From assembly GCA_965233585.1 (NCBI GenBank), contig CBDDTI010000295.1, positions 96,001 through 160,000 of the forward strand: a DNA stretch of 64,000 nt. Reading direction: 5' to 3'. This document shows, piece after piece, positions 37,701 to 47,825 of the stretch. Numbering within the stretch: position 1 is the stretch's first letter; each line of letters starts with the position of its first letter. The stretch comes from a bacterium. Lineage in GTDB: Bacteria > SAR324 > NAC60-12. The notes below the pieces were generated by a model. It worked only from the letters and a program-made list of their open reading frames with translations, was not told the DNA's origin and made no database searches. A program made the position numbers and the translations under genes.

Positions 37701-38059
37701 ATCACTTTGGTTTTTCCAACCTTTGCTCGTTGAGTGGCTGTTGGAAAGATGACAGAAGGGTCGCTTGACTCAACATTCTTGGCTTCCCAGACATCAAATT
37801 TGCGGAGTTCCTTGATCACTGCATAGAGTTTTTCTAACTCTGTCTTCACAATCTGCCACGATTCAAGTTGCGTCAATTTTTCATCTTTACGTTTTTGAAT
37901 CGGGACGGCTTTGCGCTTTTCTATGTCAACGAAGCGTCCAATAATCTCACGGGTGTTCAGCTGGGAGCCTAAACCCATGATGGCATTGGGATTCAGTTCT
38001 GCGGCCAAGTGTTCCTTATGTTTAGAAGTATCGGCAAAATCTGCCGTGTTCGTCTGCAC
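34778..38059 (-). CDS. fliD: Flagellar filament cap protein FliD, unusually large (1093 aa)
   Basis: GLGS.LNT..II...V..E N-terminus, V.QLA..H, N.VDDVIEGV.L.L, FVDAYN and a C-terminal coiled coil ...KFAKLD. Confidence 0.92.
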   Translation of the reverse strand: MQTNTADFADTSKHKEHLAAELNPNAIMGLGSQLNTREIIGRFVDIEKRKAVPIQKRKDEKLTQLESWQIVKTELEKLYAVIKELRKFDVWEAKNVESSDPSVIFPTATQRAKVGKTKVIVDQLALSHQITSQGFESPDESVGVGRIKLQVGDPEKNPEETILISRNNNTLEGIRSAINSESKYVEAFVIKTGSSEKPYQLMLTSKITGEEGRINVEIDLKNGKVPPPLYENSYDTDPEWEGEAVLEVGTDSKRWGASTPIVEAAGKYTGEDDLDISVSVSQGGVINSESGIILSWKDNQGRSGDIEVNERTYKPGEPIHIVDGAAIMVSDGEAQLGDSFTFQAFSERSNWLWWLSDEERLSRVGNVSAWRTQDDRGQVRATGTYTSEVDQTLVLRAEDGGQVGGPKKLFLHYEFTETGETGKVNIGAPYLSETIDDTSLEDAIGYDFEDDEGLFKLDFNTFGENASKIKLPHGVEIEIPPGILHDGDTATIDLFAPVNSDFWWFDDEMRSRDGIIDTESKFEPFDPDREHDLKVQDGLLDLMRRRSTADIKVSGIYDQDDEKTYIFTMQGDGTVGTTRNLQLQWEDNLGNTGSVAVGADYQPGVPIPFDSGLSIALDGGLVFEEDYFFVTTQTPTVQQAQNAKLRLGASETGGGLEITRPSNIVDDVIEGVELELLTTSDNRPITITVKGDHERARELLRDFVDAYNTLSATVTEFTKYDPGSQVAGPLLSDRNVVQMQNEIANTSILAVPELPSSTNMLFSVGLRLDDKGMMSLDEKKLDEKMTDSFTDVANVFRTRGESDNPRVSYLNITDKTQLTKNGFEVQITQAAKKSELIGELLDDGDPIVVNEQNDELIVIERGRRSNPIQLDQKTYSSAQALAQQIQQKLNEDKKLGSRKIEVTTENGALKFVSGSFGKSSTIEVEPNANKELDSLGLENTTQVEGVDVAGIVEGWEMTGRGQILSGVVDTPVEGLRLFVEMTPEEVKSADKQAKVLVSKGIASRLDESIQAMLDPAEGRVKNVTKDIQEQVKAYDDQLKRMNERVDAKRGELQVKFAKLDSTLGKLKAQQNYLSQQFAALSGNKGGGGNKKKG

Positions 38060-38130
38060 TGGCGGAGCCTGTCAACTCAAGCAACGCTTAGGTTTGAAAG
38101 CAAACCTTCATCGCATGTCTTGAGTTTTTC

Positions 38131-38151
38131 AAAAACTATTCCATAGTTTTT
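38131..38151 (-). promoter_or_regulatory. CsrA-type hairpin upstream of fliD
   Basis: AAAAACTA-TGGAA-TAGTTTTT on the minus strand. Confidence 0.55.
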
Positions 38152-38195
38152 GCTGATGTCAATGTCAAAGAGCGTGTTCTATACTTGACAGAACT

Positions 38196-39983
38196 TTAAG
38201 ATTGCGCACCTCCAAGCAGTTGTAGAACAGACTGAGGTACTTGATTAGCTTGTGCAAGCATGGCTGTTCCTGCTGAAAATAAGATTTGATTCTTGGTGAA
38301 AGAACTCATCTCTTCTGCCATATCGGCATCAGCCAGTTCAGACTCTGCTGCAGTCAAATTTTCGTGTGCAATTCGCAAGCTGTTTAAGTTGCTCTCCAGT
38401 GCATTTTTTTGGAATGCACCCACTTTTGCACGGAGCGTTGACACTTCGTCAATCGCAGCATCTATCAAAGTCATTGCATCTTGAGCACCTTCTGAAATAG
38501 TGACGTCAATGTCTGCAAGACTTTGGAATTGGTTTTGATTTTCAATATTTCTGGCAAGGTCGCTTGCTCTGGCAGACCCTACTGCAATTTTGGTTTGTTG
38601 CCCCTGACTTGGTCCAACTTGGAAGGCTAAAGCACCTTGTGTCAAGTGGACGTAGCCGTCAATCTTAGCATTTTCTCCATTGGGCTTCTCATTGCCAATT
38701 AACGTTTCATTAGAGCGGACATCAAGCAATGTTTTAGGCGTTTGAAAGCCACGCAAGGCAAGGACTTGATAAAGGACATCATCTGTGTCTTTGGTGTATT
38801 TGATGGCTAAGCCTTCTGCCTCTGAACCTGGGGCAGACTCTAACACGTTTCCATTTCCAAGAGCAGGCTCACCCAAATCTAATTCGGGGTGTCCTCCAAT
38901 TGTGCCTTCAATGTCTCTGCCAGGACTTGCAATGATTGCCTTATTTGCCTGCGTTCCTTGTCCAAAAAAATCATTCAACGTTGTTGTGACAGTAAAACTT
39001 GGCATACTTCCAAATTCACGATGCCGAATGACGAGGATTTTTTCATCAGTTTGTGGCAAGCCTTCAGGGACTCTTGCCACTTCGTTCAAAAATTCTTGGG
39101 TCATATCCCATGTTTGAGTGACCTCTCCATAAAAGTTAGCAGGTGTGTAAACCATCACTTCAAGGTTCAAGCCTGCTTCATCAATCCTGCCTTGTAGCGA
39201 AGTGGTAATCAGATGTTGAATAGTTTCTTCTGCTTGACGCTTCGCCTGTTGTTCAACAGCAGGGTCAGTGCCTTTTTTCTGTTGAGCAGCAAAATAAATG
39301 CGTTGAATTTTTTCAGAGAGTTTTTTGTCTTTGTGAATCTCCAAGCTGGCATTTTTGCCTTCTGATGTGACAACAATAGAAAAGTTACTTTCGGGAGACA
39401 CTTCATCTAATGTCAAACGATGTTGTGCTGCCACCATTGCCCTTGTTGGAATCTGTGTGATGTTCACTTTGTAACCTTCTGAAGGCGAGGCAGGGGTGTC
39501 TTCAGTTGCTGCAACAAATTCTATCCCATCGCCAACGGCAATGCCTTTGATGGCATTTTGTCCATCTAACAAACGGCGTGTGCCAAATTGCGTGTTGTCT
39601 GCAATTTGATTGAGTGTAGAAAGCAGATGTTCAATTTCACTTTGGTCTGCTTGCAACATTTTTATATCGTTTGTGCCTTCGTTTGCTGCATGCACTGCAA
39701 GCTGTCTTAAATTAATCAAGATGTTACTGGCTTCTTGTAATGCACCTTCCATCGTTTGCATCATAGAAACAGAAGTTTCAGAGTTAGAAATCGCTTGCTT
39801 GGTAGAGGCAATTTGGGACTGCATCTGCTCAGAGATGACCAATGCCGCAGGGCTGTCAGCCGCACGATTCAACTTTCTACCTGAAGAAAGACGTTCAAGA
39901 TTTGTCTGAATGCGTCCCTCTGTTGTAGATAAATGCCTTAAGGCATTCAAAGCAGCTAAATTCGTATTGACTCTCATGACCAT
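38196..39983 (-). CDS. Flagellin (595 aa, with insertions)
   Basis: LERLSSGRKLNRAADSPA; C-terminal AAES.LADADMAEE and MLAQANQVPQSVLQLL. Confidence 0.95.
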   Translation of the reverse strand: MVMRVNTNLAALNALRHLSTTEGRIQTNLERLSSGRKLNRAADSPAALVISEQMQSQIASTKQAISNSETSVSMMQTMEGALQEASNILINLRQLAVHAANEGTNDIKMLQADQSEIEHLLSTLNQIADNTQFGTRRLLDGQNAIKGIAVGDGIEFVAATEDTPASPSEGYKVNITQIPTRAMVAAQHRLTLDEVSPESNFSIVVTSEGKNASLEIHKDKKLSEKIQRIYFAAQQKKGTDPAVEQQAKRQAEETIQHLITTSLQGRIDEAGLNLEVMVYTPANFYGEVTQTWDMTQEFLNEVARVPEGLPQTDEKILVIRHREFGSMPSFTVTTTLNDFFGQGTQANKAIIASPGRDIEGTIGGHPELDLGEPALGNGNVLESAPGSEAEGLAIKYTKDTDDVLYQVLALRGFQTPKTLLDVRSNETLIGNEKPNGENAKIDGYVHLTQGALAFQVGPSQGQQTKIAVGSARASDLARNIENQNQFQSLADIDVTISEGAQDAMTLIDAAIDEVSTLRAKVGAFQKNALESNLNSLRIAHENLTAAESELADADMAEEMSSFTKNQILFSAGTAMLAQANQVPQSVLQLLGGAQS

Positions 39984-40017
39984 GACGGACTCCAGTAAAA
40001 TTAAAAACTTTCTTCAA

Positions 40018-40044
40018 GTATCGGCAGACTTTCAATTTGCTTGA
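40018..40044 (-). promoter_or_regulatory. sigma28 (FliA) promoter, proximal
   Basis: TCAA-N15-GCCGATAC versus the consensus TAAA-N15-GCCGATAA. Confidence 0.8.
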
Positions 40045-40089
40045 GCTTTTTTTGAAGTTTTTTTAAAACGACTGCACGACTTGACCAGA

Positions 40090-40116
40090 GTATCGGCACA
40101 AATCACAAAAACATGA
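40090..40116 (-). promoter_or_regulatory. sigma28 (FliA) promoter, distal
   Basis: TCAT-N15-GCCGATAC. Confidence 0.6.
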
Positions 40117-40190
40117 GTGTTTCAGCCAGATTTGTTTGCCTCCTTCTCTTTTTTTCTTCACTTCTTCACTGCCTCATTCCCCTCTAGTAG

Positions 40191-40963
40191 GGCAGTGTTC
40201 ACTTGATATTGGCATTGCATGTGAGAGTAAATTTGAGGAATGGAAATGAGAAGTTGTCATCATTGTGGGAGTCAGACTTATATCAAGAATGGAAGTTACA
40301 AAGGGGTTCAGAGGTATCGTTGCAAGTCATGTCAGAGAGCATTCACCTCAAATGGGTTGAGAATCCCACTAGAGACCAAGCGTCAAGCCTTAGAGATGTA
40401 TGTCAATAGTGTAGGCATCAGAAAGATCGCTCGTTTTTTGCAGGTGTCTCCAACTTCTGTTCTCAACTGGATCAAAAAAGCCAGAGTGTCTCAACTTCCA
40501 AAAGACGCACCAAGTTTCCATGAACAAGTAGATAGTATAGAGATGGATGAGATCTACACTTTTGTTCAAAAAAAAGTCAAAGAGTAGCCGTTTGGACAGC
40601 CTATTCTCGTCAAGAACAATGTGTGATTGCCTTTGTGATAGGCAAAGGATTAGCAGCAGCAAAGCAGCTGTATGCACTAGTCAAAGCACAACGAGCTAGA
40701 ATTGAAACGATTTATACAGATGCCAACTCATGCTATCAAGTGGCATTTGCACAACTCCAAATTCCAGAGAACCACGAAATAGGCAAGAGAAATACTCATC
40801 TCATTGAATCTTCTAATTCTTCCATCAGAGATAACCTAGCTCGCTTGATGAGAAAATCTAAACGACATTCCAAAACTTTTGACATGCTGGAACACTCTCT
40901 ACAACTCTTCTTTGACTATAAAAGGTTTGAAAAATATCATGACAATACCAAGTGAACACTGCC
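40191..40963 (+). mobile_element. IS1-family insertion sequence (second, distinct element)
   Basis: 25-bp IRs GGCAGTGTTCACTTGATATTGGCAT / GGCAGTGTTCACTTGGTATTGTCAT. No flanking direct repeat. Confidence 0.9.
40240..40955 (+). CDS. IS1-family transposase InsA-InsB, produced by -1 frameshift
   Basis: CHHC...CKSC, HTH and DEIYTF in InsA. An A8G run at 40568-40576 continues in the -1 frame as SQRVAVWTAYSR...YTDAN...IESSN. Confidence 0.9.
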
Positions 40964-41213
40964 CGTTTTCACAGGGGTGACGTTCTTTCGCAGGAATGAC
41001 GGCAGTATAAAGACTGCGAAGCAAGTCTGGAATGACATTTTTCAAATTGAGCTATGAAAAAGGCAAAGCCTGACGTGGTAGTTTAGGAGAGAATTTTGCG
41101 AATTAGGGAATCTTTTAAAAGGTCTTGACTAGGGGGTGGTGATGGTATGTAATAATTTTTTGTTTTTAAAAGTCAGATGATTGATTCAAACCAGAAAAGT
41201 TTCAGAGCAATAA

Positions 41214-41705
41214 ATGAAAATCAAACCGATTTTAATCATTGTTATTTTATCAGCTTCTTTTATACCGTTGGAAAGTGATGCAGGGTGTGGGAGAGATGAC
41301 CATTTTTTAGGCGCTCCAGCTGGTAAAAAAATGATGTCTTCTTTTGACGTGACGTTTTTCCCAACTTTTGCATTCAGTTCTACATCAGGCACATCGGGTT
41401 GCAGAAATTGGGATTTAGTGCAAATGGAAACAGAGCAAGCTCAATGGTTGCTTGGTCAGTGGAGTCAAATGTTGGAAGACGTTGCTCGTGGTCAGCAAAA
41501 TCATACTTCTGCATTTTCCAGCCTCTTGGGGTGTCCATCTCAAGCACAGGACATTAAGCTGTCTTTACTGAATAATTATCATACATGGTCTTTAGTTCAT
41601 GCCCCTAACGATTTGAATGAGGCAAGGGAGCTTTTACAGCAACTCTCTCTTTCTTTATCTCAAAATTCAAAGATTCAAAAAATATGTTTTTCAGACGAAT
41701 TTTAA
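41214..41705 (+). CDS. DUF3015-like secreted protein
   Basis: Signal peptide, AGCG, STSGTSGC and D.ARGQ..H...F..LLGC motifs. Confidence 0.7.
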   Translation: MKIKPILIIVILSASFIPLESDAGCGRDDHFLGAPAGKKMMSSFDVTFFPTFAFSSTSGTSGCRNWDLVQMETEQAQWLLGQWSQMLEDVARGQQNHTSAFSSLLGCPSQAQDIKLSLLNNYHTWSLVHAPNDLNEARELLQQLSLSLSQNSKIQKICFSDEF

Positions 41706-42178
41706 TTGTTGTGGTCGTGTTTTTGAGTTTATCTGCCCCAGCAATGGCATGTCATGAGGGAGGTGCTATGGGGTTTGCATCAGGCAATATTAATGGATTG
41801 GTGATAGATATTATTTCAATGCCAACTTTTGTGTTTGCAAGCACATCGGGTACATCAGGTTGTAAAAACTGGGAATTTGCAGAAGCAACTGAAAAAGAAC
41901 GTTACGTTGCGTTGAATTGGGAGGTTCTGGCACAAGATTCTGCAAGGAGTTCTGGCAAAAGCCTTGAAGCCTTAGCGATTCTTTCTCAATGCACTCAAGA
42001 GGCATTTGTTAGCTTTCAGAAGGCAATGCACACAAACCATCATCAGCTTTTTATAGGACAGATTCACTCACGGGAAGACTCTCAAGTGTTTTTGAGTCAA
42101 ATCCAACAACTTATTGAGAACAACCCGAAACTTTCTGTTTTATGTTTGTCGCCTCAAAACGTGAATGAGGTCAACTGA
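41684..42178 (+). CDS. DUF3015-like secreted protein, paralog
   Basis: STSGTSGC.NW and L.QD.AR..G..L.ALA.L..C motifs. Confidence 0.7.
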   Translation: MFFRRILIVVVVFLSLSAPAMACHEGGAMGFASGNINGLVIDIISMPTFVFASTSGTSGCKNWEFAEATEKERYVALNWEVLAQDSARSSGKSLEALAILSQCTQEAFVSFQKAMHTNHHQLFIGQIHSREDSQVFLSQIQQLIENNPKLSVLCLSPQNVNEVN

Positions 42179-42187
42179 ATCGGATTT

Positions 42188-42499
42188 TTACGATGTTTCA
42201 TCTTTGACCCAATTCAAAAAATCTGGCAATCCTTGAATGGAACATGAAACTAAACACGGATTTTCGTAGGGGTGATGTTCTTGAACAAATTCTTGTAATT
42301 CTGCAAGTCTGTGGTCAGTTGTTTTTGCAATGAGAATAGATTCCTTTTCTTGACAAAACTGACCTTGCCATTGGTAAAGAGAAGTGACATTGTCAATGAT
42401 GTTTACACAAGCAACTAAGGATTTTTTTAGGAGGGATTCTGCAAGTTGAATGGCTTGGTTATGGTTGGAAGCAGTGATATAAACAAGCTTTGCTTCCAT
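42188..42499 (-). CDS. cutA: Divalent-cation tolerance protein CutA
   Basis: LVACVNI, S.Y.WQG and HPYENP motifs. Confidence 0.93.
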   Translation of the reverse strand: MEAKLVYITASNHNQAIQLAESLLKKSLVACVNIIDNVTSLYQWQGQFCQEKESILIAKTTDHRLAELQEFVQEHHPYENPCLVSCSIQGLPDFLNWVKDETS

Positions 42500-42501
42500 G
42501 A

Positions 42502-42894
42502 CTAGCTTCGTTTTGCAATATTCTGACGAGTGATGGCTTTGACCAGTTTCATTTCGTAATAGTCGCCTCTTTTTTCTTCTGTGGAAAGCAATTTATTCTG
42601 GGCTTTCTTTTCAGCAGTTTTAGCACGATCTAAGTCTATTTCATTAGCTAACTCTGCAATGTCTGCCAAGACAATCACTTCATTATTTTCCACAGATGCA
42701 CAACCCCAATGCACAGCAACAAAATAAGTTTTTTCTTGATCTTGATACGAAAGGACTCCTGAATTTAAATTGGTAATCAAAGGAGCATGTTCTGGCAAGA
42801 TGGTCATTTCTCCAAGTTCACCGGGCAGTGTGACCCACTTGACTGAATCTGAAGAGACAAGACTTCTGTGAGGTGAAAGGAGTGAAAGCTTCAT
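42502..42894 (-). CDS. atpC: ATP synthase F1 epsilon subunit
   Basis: LPG..GE..ILP.HAPL and EIDLDRA motifs; operon position. Confidence 0.93.
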   Translation of the reverse strand: MKLSLLSPHRSLVSSDSVKWVTLPGELGEMTILPEHAPLITNLNSGVLSYQDQEKTYFVAVHWGCASVENNEVIVLADIAELANEIDLDRAKTAEKKAQNKLLSTEEKRGDYYEMKLVKAITRQNIAKRS

Positions 42895-42906
42895 AAATGG
42901 CTGGAG

Positions 42907-44337
<1,431 letters not shown>

Positions 44338-45189
44338 TTATAAACTCTCTGCACCACTGACAATCTCAATCAACTCTTTAGTGATTGCGGCTTGCCGTGT
44401 ACGATTGTAAAAGAGCTGGAGCTTCTTGATCAATTCTCCAGCGTTGTTTGTTGCCGCATCCATTGCTGTCATGCGGGAGGCATGTTCGCCTGCAAAGGTA
44501 CTCAACAATGCGATATAGGCACGGTTTTCAATGTAACGTTTTAGTAAAGTATTAGCAATGGCAGATGCTGAAGGGGGTTCAAGGATCAACTGAGAATTTG
44601 ATTTAACTTCAGATGTTGGGGGCTTCACAGGTAGAATCTGCTCAAACGTATGGGTTTGAGTCAACGCATTTTTAAAATACATGTAGGAGAGAAAAACTTG
44701 GCTCAAAGTTCCCTCTTCAAATTGACTTGCGTAGTCCCAAATGGTTTTTCTTAATTTTTGGATTTGTAGGTCTGTACTTAAACTATGCTCACTTTGAACA
44801 ATTTCAAACGGAGTGCGATTAAAAAAATCTTTAGCTTTGCGACCAAACGTGCAGATTTGAGGTTTTTGCAAGTGAGACTTTTCTATATGATTCAGAGTTT
44901 CTTTGCATAGAACTGTATTGAAATTGCCACACAATCCCCTGTCAGAAGAAATGACAATTACAATAGATTTATCACCAACACCCTGCTTAAAAAGAGGGTG
45001 TCCTTCTGATAAATCTGCACAGACTTTGGAAGAAAGTCTTTCTAATTGGGAGGCATAAGGAAAGGCTAGCTTGAACTGGTCTTCAGCACGTTTGAGCTTG
45101 GCGGCTGAGACCATTTTCATAGCACTGGTGATCTTTTGTGTGTTTTTGACACTAACAATTCTGTTTCGTATTTCCTTTAAACTAGCCAC
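44338..45189 (-). CDS. atpG: ATP synthase F1 gamma subunit
   Basis: KITSAMKMVSAAK, SDRGLCG and RQAAITKELIEI motifs. Confidence 0.98.
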   Translation of the reverse strand: MASLKEIRNRIVSVKNTQKITSAMKMVSAAKLKRAEDQFKLAFPYASQLERLSSKVCADLSEGHPLFKQGVGDKSIVIVISSDRGLCGNFNTVLCKETLNHIEKSHLQKPQICTFGRKAKDFFNRTPFEIVQSEHSLSTDLQIQKLRKTIWDYASQFEEGTLSQVFLSYMYFKNALTQTHTFEQILPVKPPTSEVKSNSQLILEPPSASAIANTLLKRYIENRAYIALLSTFAGEHASRMTAMDAATNNAGELIKKLQLFYNRTRQAAITKELIEIVSGAESL

Positions 45190-45205
45190 TGATGCCCTTT
45201 AAAAT

Positions 45206-46720
45206 TTAGTTGGAGAAATTGGAATGAAATCGTTTGATATGGTCTGTCAATTTTTGTTTGAGGTCATCATCAATCGCTTTCTTTTCCTCTAATGAAGAGC
45301 GAATCTGTTTTGCGTCTTCATCAGAATTAAAAAACGCCAGTAGCTGTTGTTCAAACTGATTGATAGAGGTCAAAGGTAAATCGTCAAGCCAACCTTGAGT
45401 TGCTGCAAAAATAGCAATCACTTGGTCAACTCCTTTCAAAGGGGCATACTGACCTTGTTTCAAGGATTCTACCAAACGTTGTCCACGAGCCAGCTGTTTT
45501 TGGGTAGCTACGTCTAGGTCTGACCCAAATTGGGCAAAGGCTTCTTTCTCTCTAAATTGAGCCAAATCCAGTCTTAACGTTCCTGCCACTTGTTTCATTG
45601 CTTTTAACTGTGCGGCACCTCCAACTCTGGAGACCGAAAGCCCAACATTGATTGCAGGACGAATCCCTGAATTAAAGAGTTCGCTTGAGAGAAAGATTTG
45701 ACCGTCAGTAATTGAGATGACATTGGTTGGGATATAAGCAGAAACATCACCTGCCTGTGTTTCAATAATGGGTAATGCTGTGAGCGAACCTGCTCCTAAA
45801 TCATCGTTTAATTTGCAAGCTCTTTCTAGCAAGCGACTATGAAGATAAAAGACATCGCCCGGATAGGCTTCTCTTCCCGGTGGACGCCTTAACAACAGAG
45901 ATAATTGCCGATATGCCACTGCTTGCTTAGAAAGGTCGTCATAAATGCAAAGGACATGCTTACCTTGGTCTCTGAAGTATTCGCCCATACTTACGCCAGA
46001 ATATGGGGCAAGAAATTGCAGAGGCGCAGATTCAGAAGCTGTTGCAGAAACAACAATCGTATAATCCATGGCACCATGGTCTTGGAGTTTTTGAACGATT
46101 TGAGCCATCGTAGATCGTTTTTGACCAATCCCAACGTAGATGCAAATCATATCACCACCTTTCTGGTTGATGATGGCATCTACTGCCAATGCAGTTTTTC
46201 CTGTTTGTCTGTCACCAATGATCAGCTCACGTTGTCCTCGTCCGATCGGAACCATAGAGTCAATGGCTTTCATGCCTGTTTCCATCGGTTGATGCACAGA
46301 TTTTCTTGCAACAATACCCGGAGCAATGACTTCAATCCTGCGTGTTGCTTTGGTGGGAATCGCCCCTTTTCCGTCAATGGGTTTGCCTAGAGGGTCAACG
46401 ACCCGCCCCAGCATTTCATCACCAACAGGGATTTCTGCAAGTCTTCCTGTTTTCTTAACTTCCTCACCTTCCTTGATATTGCGGTCACTACCAAAGATGA
46501 CAATACCCACATTGTCCTCCTCCAAATTGAGAGCCATGCCAATAGTCTGGTCTGAAAATTCTACAAGTTCACCTGCAGAAATATTATCTAATCCGTGAAC
46601 ACGTGCAATTCCATCTCCGACTTGCAGGACGGTACCCGTTTCTAAATGAACTGGTGAAACATCAAACTGTTCTATTTGCTTTTGAATAATGGAGCTAATT
46701 TCTTCTGCTCTAATTTTCAT
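45206..46720 (-). CDS. atpA: ATP synthase F1 alpha subunit
   Basis: GDRQTGKT and [21 protein letters not shown] motifs. Confidence 0.99.
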   Translation of the reverse strand: MKIRAEEISSIIQKQIEQFDVSPVHLETGTVLQVGDGIARVHGLDNISAGELVEFSDQTIGMALNLEEDNVGIVIFGSDRNIKEGEEVKKTGRLAEIPVGDEMLGRVVDPLGKPIDGKGAIPTKATRRIEVIAPGIVARKSVHQPMETGMKAIDSMVPIGRGQRELIIGDRQTGKTALAVDAIINQKGGDMICIYVGIGQKRSTMAQIVQKLQDHGAMDYTIVVSATASESAPLQFLAPYSGVSMGEYFRDQGKHVLCIYDDLSKQAVAYRQLSLLLRRPPGREAYPGDVFYLHSRLLERACKLNDDLGAGSLTALPIIETQAGDVSAYIPTNVISITDGQIFLSSELFNSGIRPAINVGLSVSRVGGAAQLKAMKQVAGTLRLDLAQFREKEAFAQFGSDLDVATQKQLARGQRLVESLKQGQYAPLKGVDQVIAIFAATQGWLDDLPLTSINQFEQQLLAFFNSDEDAKQIRSSLEEKKAIDDDLKQKLTDHIKRFHSNFSN

Positions 46721-46726
46721 AATTTT

Positions 46727-47269
46727 TTAACCTTTCACAATAGATTGCCTAATACGATCCAATCTCCCTTTGGTGCTTCCATCAATAACCACTGAACCTG
46801 AACGAATCATTGATCCCCCAATGATAGAGTGGTCAACTAGATTGACAACTTCTACTTCCTTTTTAAAATAGTTTGAAGCAATTTTAACTAATTTTTGAAG
46901 GTCTTCTTGGGAAAGAGGAGATGCGGAAATAATTTGAACTTGGACTTTGCCAGCTGCAGCACGAGCAATCTCAATGAATGCTTGAGATGCTGCATCTATA
47001 AGGCGGATTCTCTTTTTAAAAAATAAAAACTTGAGAAACTTAATGGACAAGGGTGAGATTTTAAGTTTTTCTAAAGACTGAATCAAAATCGTTTCCCTCT
47101 GCTGAAAAGGAATTTGCCCATTTTGTAAAACATTTTGCAATTCTGAAGACTCTTGAAAGAGTTCACAGACAAGAGCCAAGTCGTGTTGAACTGTCTCTAC
47201 TACTTTTTCTTGAGAGGCAATTTGAAAAAAAGCCTTGGCATATCTTTTTCCGATTAAAGTTTGGCTCAA
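46727..47269 (-). CDS. atpH: ATP synthase F1 delta subunit
   Basis: RYAKA and IIGG..I..G..VIDGS motifs; TTG start. Confidence 0.93.
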   Translation of the reverse strand: MSQTLIGKRYAKAFFQIASQEKVVETVQHDLALVCELFQESSELQNVLQNGQIPFQQRETILIQSLEKLKISPLSIKFLKFLFFKKRIRLIDAASQAFIEIARAAAGKVQVQIISASPLSQEDLQKLVKIASNYFKKEVEVVNLVDHSIIGGSMIRSGSVVIDGSTKGRLDRIRQSIVKG

Positions 47270-47278
47270 AGCAGACTC

Positions 47279-47824
47279 CTACGCTGAAACGTTTTTGTAT
47301 TGTGTGACAACATCTCCGAGTTGTGGGAGTTCCTTAAGTTTGCCTCCTACGTCTTCTACAAGATGACATGCTGCCCATTCCAAGAGGTCAGCCTGCGCTT
47401 TTGAGTATCCATGTTGAATGGTCTGAATAGCCTGTTCCTTCATTTTTTCTGAACGTAATTGAGCCTCGGCAATGATCTTTCGTTCTTCATTGGCAGCATT
47501 CAAACGAGCTTCAGCCAGAATGGTCTCTGATTCTGTCTTATATTCATCTAACTCCCGTTTTTTTAAGGACAGCTCTTTTTCTAGGTATTCCAGACGTTGT
47601 TCCACTTGAGAGATGTCCTCTTTTTCTGCAACAGCTTTTTGACGAATCATGGCTGATACAGGCTTTTTAGCAAAGAAAACAATGATTCCTACCAAAGCGG
47701 TGAAATTTATCACTTTGTAGGCGAAGTCCAGTATGGGGCTTCCTGATTCTCCTGCTGCATAGGCAACTTGAGTGAAAAACACAAAACTGATCAATAAGCA
47801 ACGGAGTATCATATTTGGGGACAT
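47279..47824 (-). CDS. atpF: ATP synthase F0 subunit b
   Basis: INF..LV.I...F..KP followed by a coiled coil; operon position. Confidence 0.85.
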   Translation of the reverse strand: MSPNMILRCLLISFVFFTQVAYAAGESGSPILDFAYKVINFTALVGIIVFFAKKPVSAMIRQKAVAEKEDISQVEQRLEYLEKELSLKKRELDEYKTESETILAEARLNAANEERKIIAEAQLRSEKMKEQAIQTIQHGYSKAQADLLEWAACHLVEDVGGKLKELPQLGDVVTQYKNVSA

Positions 47825-47825
47825 A

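Noticed and set aside
38025..38045. GCCGATAC inside the 5' end of fliD as an internal sigma28 promoter
   Set aside because: No matching -35 at 15-bp spacing; explained by the codons for F-A-D-T.
23461..39909. Many antisense or alternate-frame ORFs over the flagellin and fliD genes
   Set aside because: They are typical shadow ORFs and recur only because the underlying genes are paralogous.
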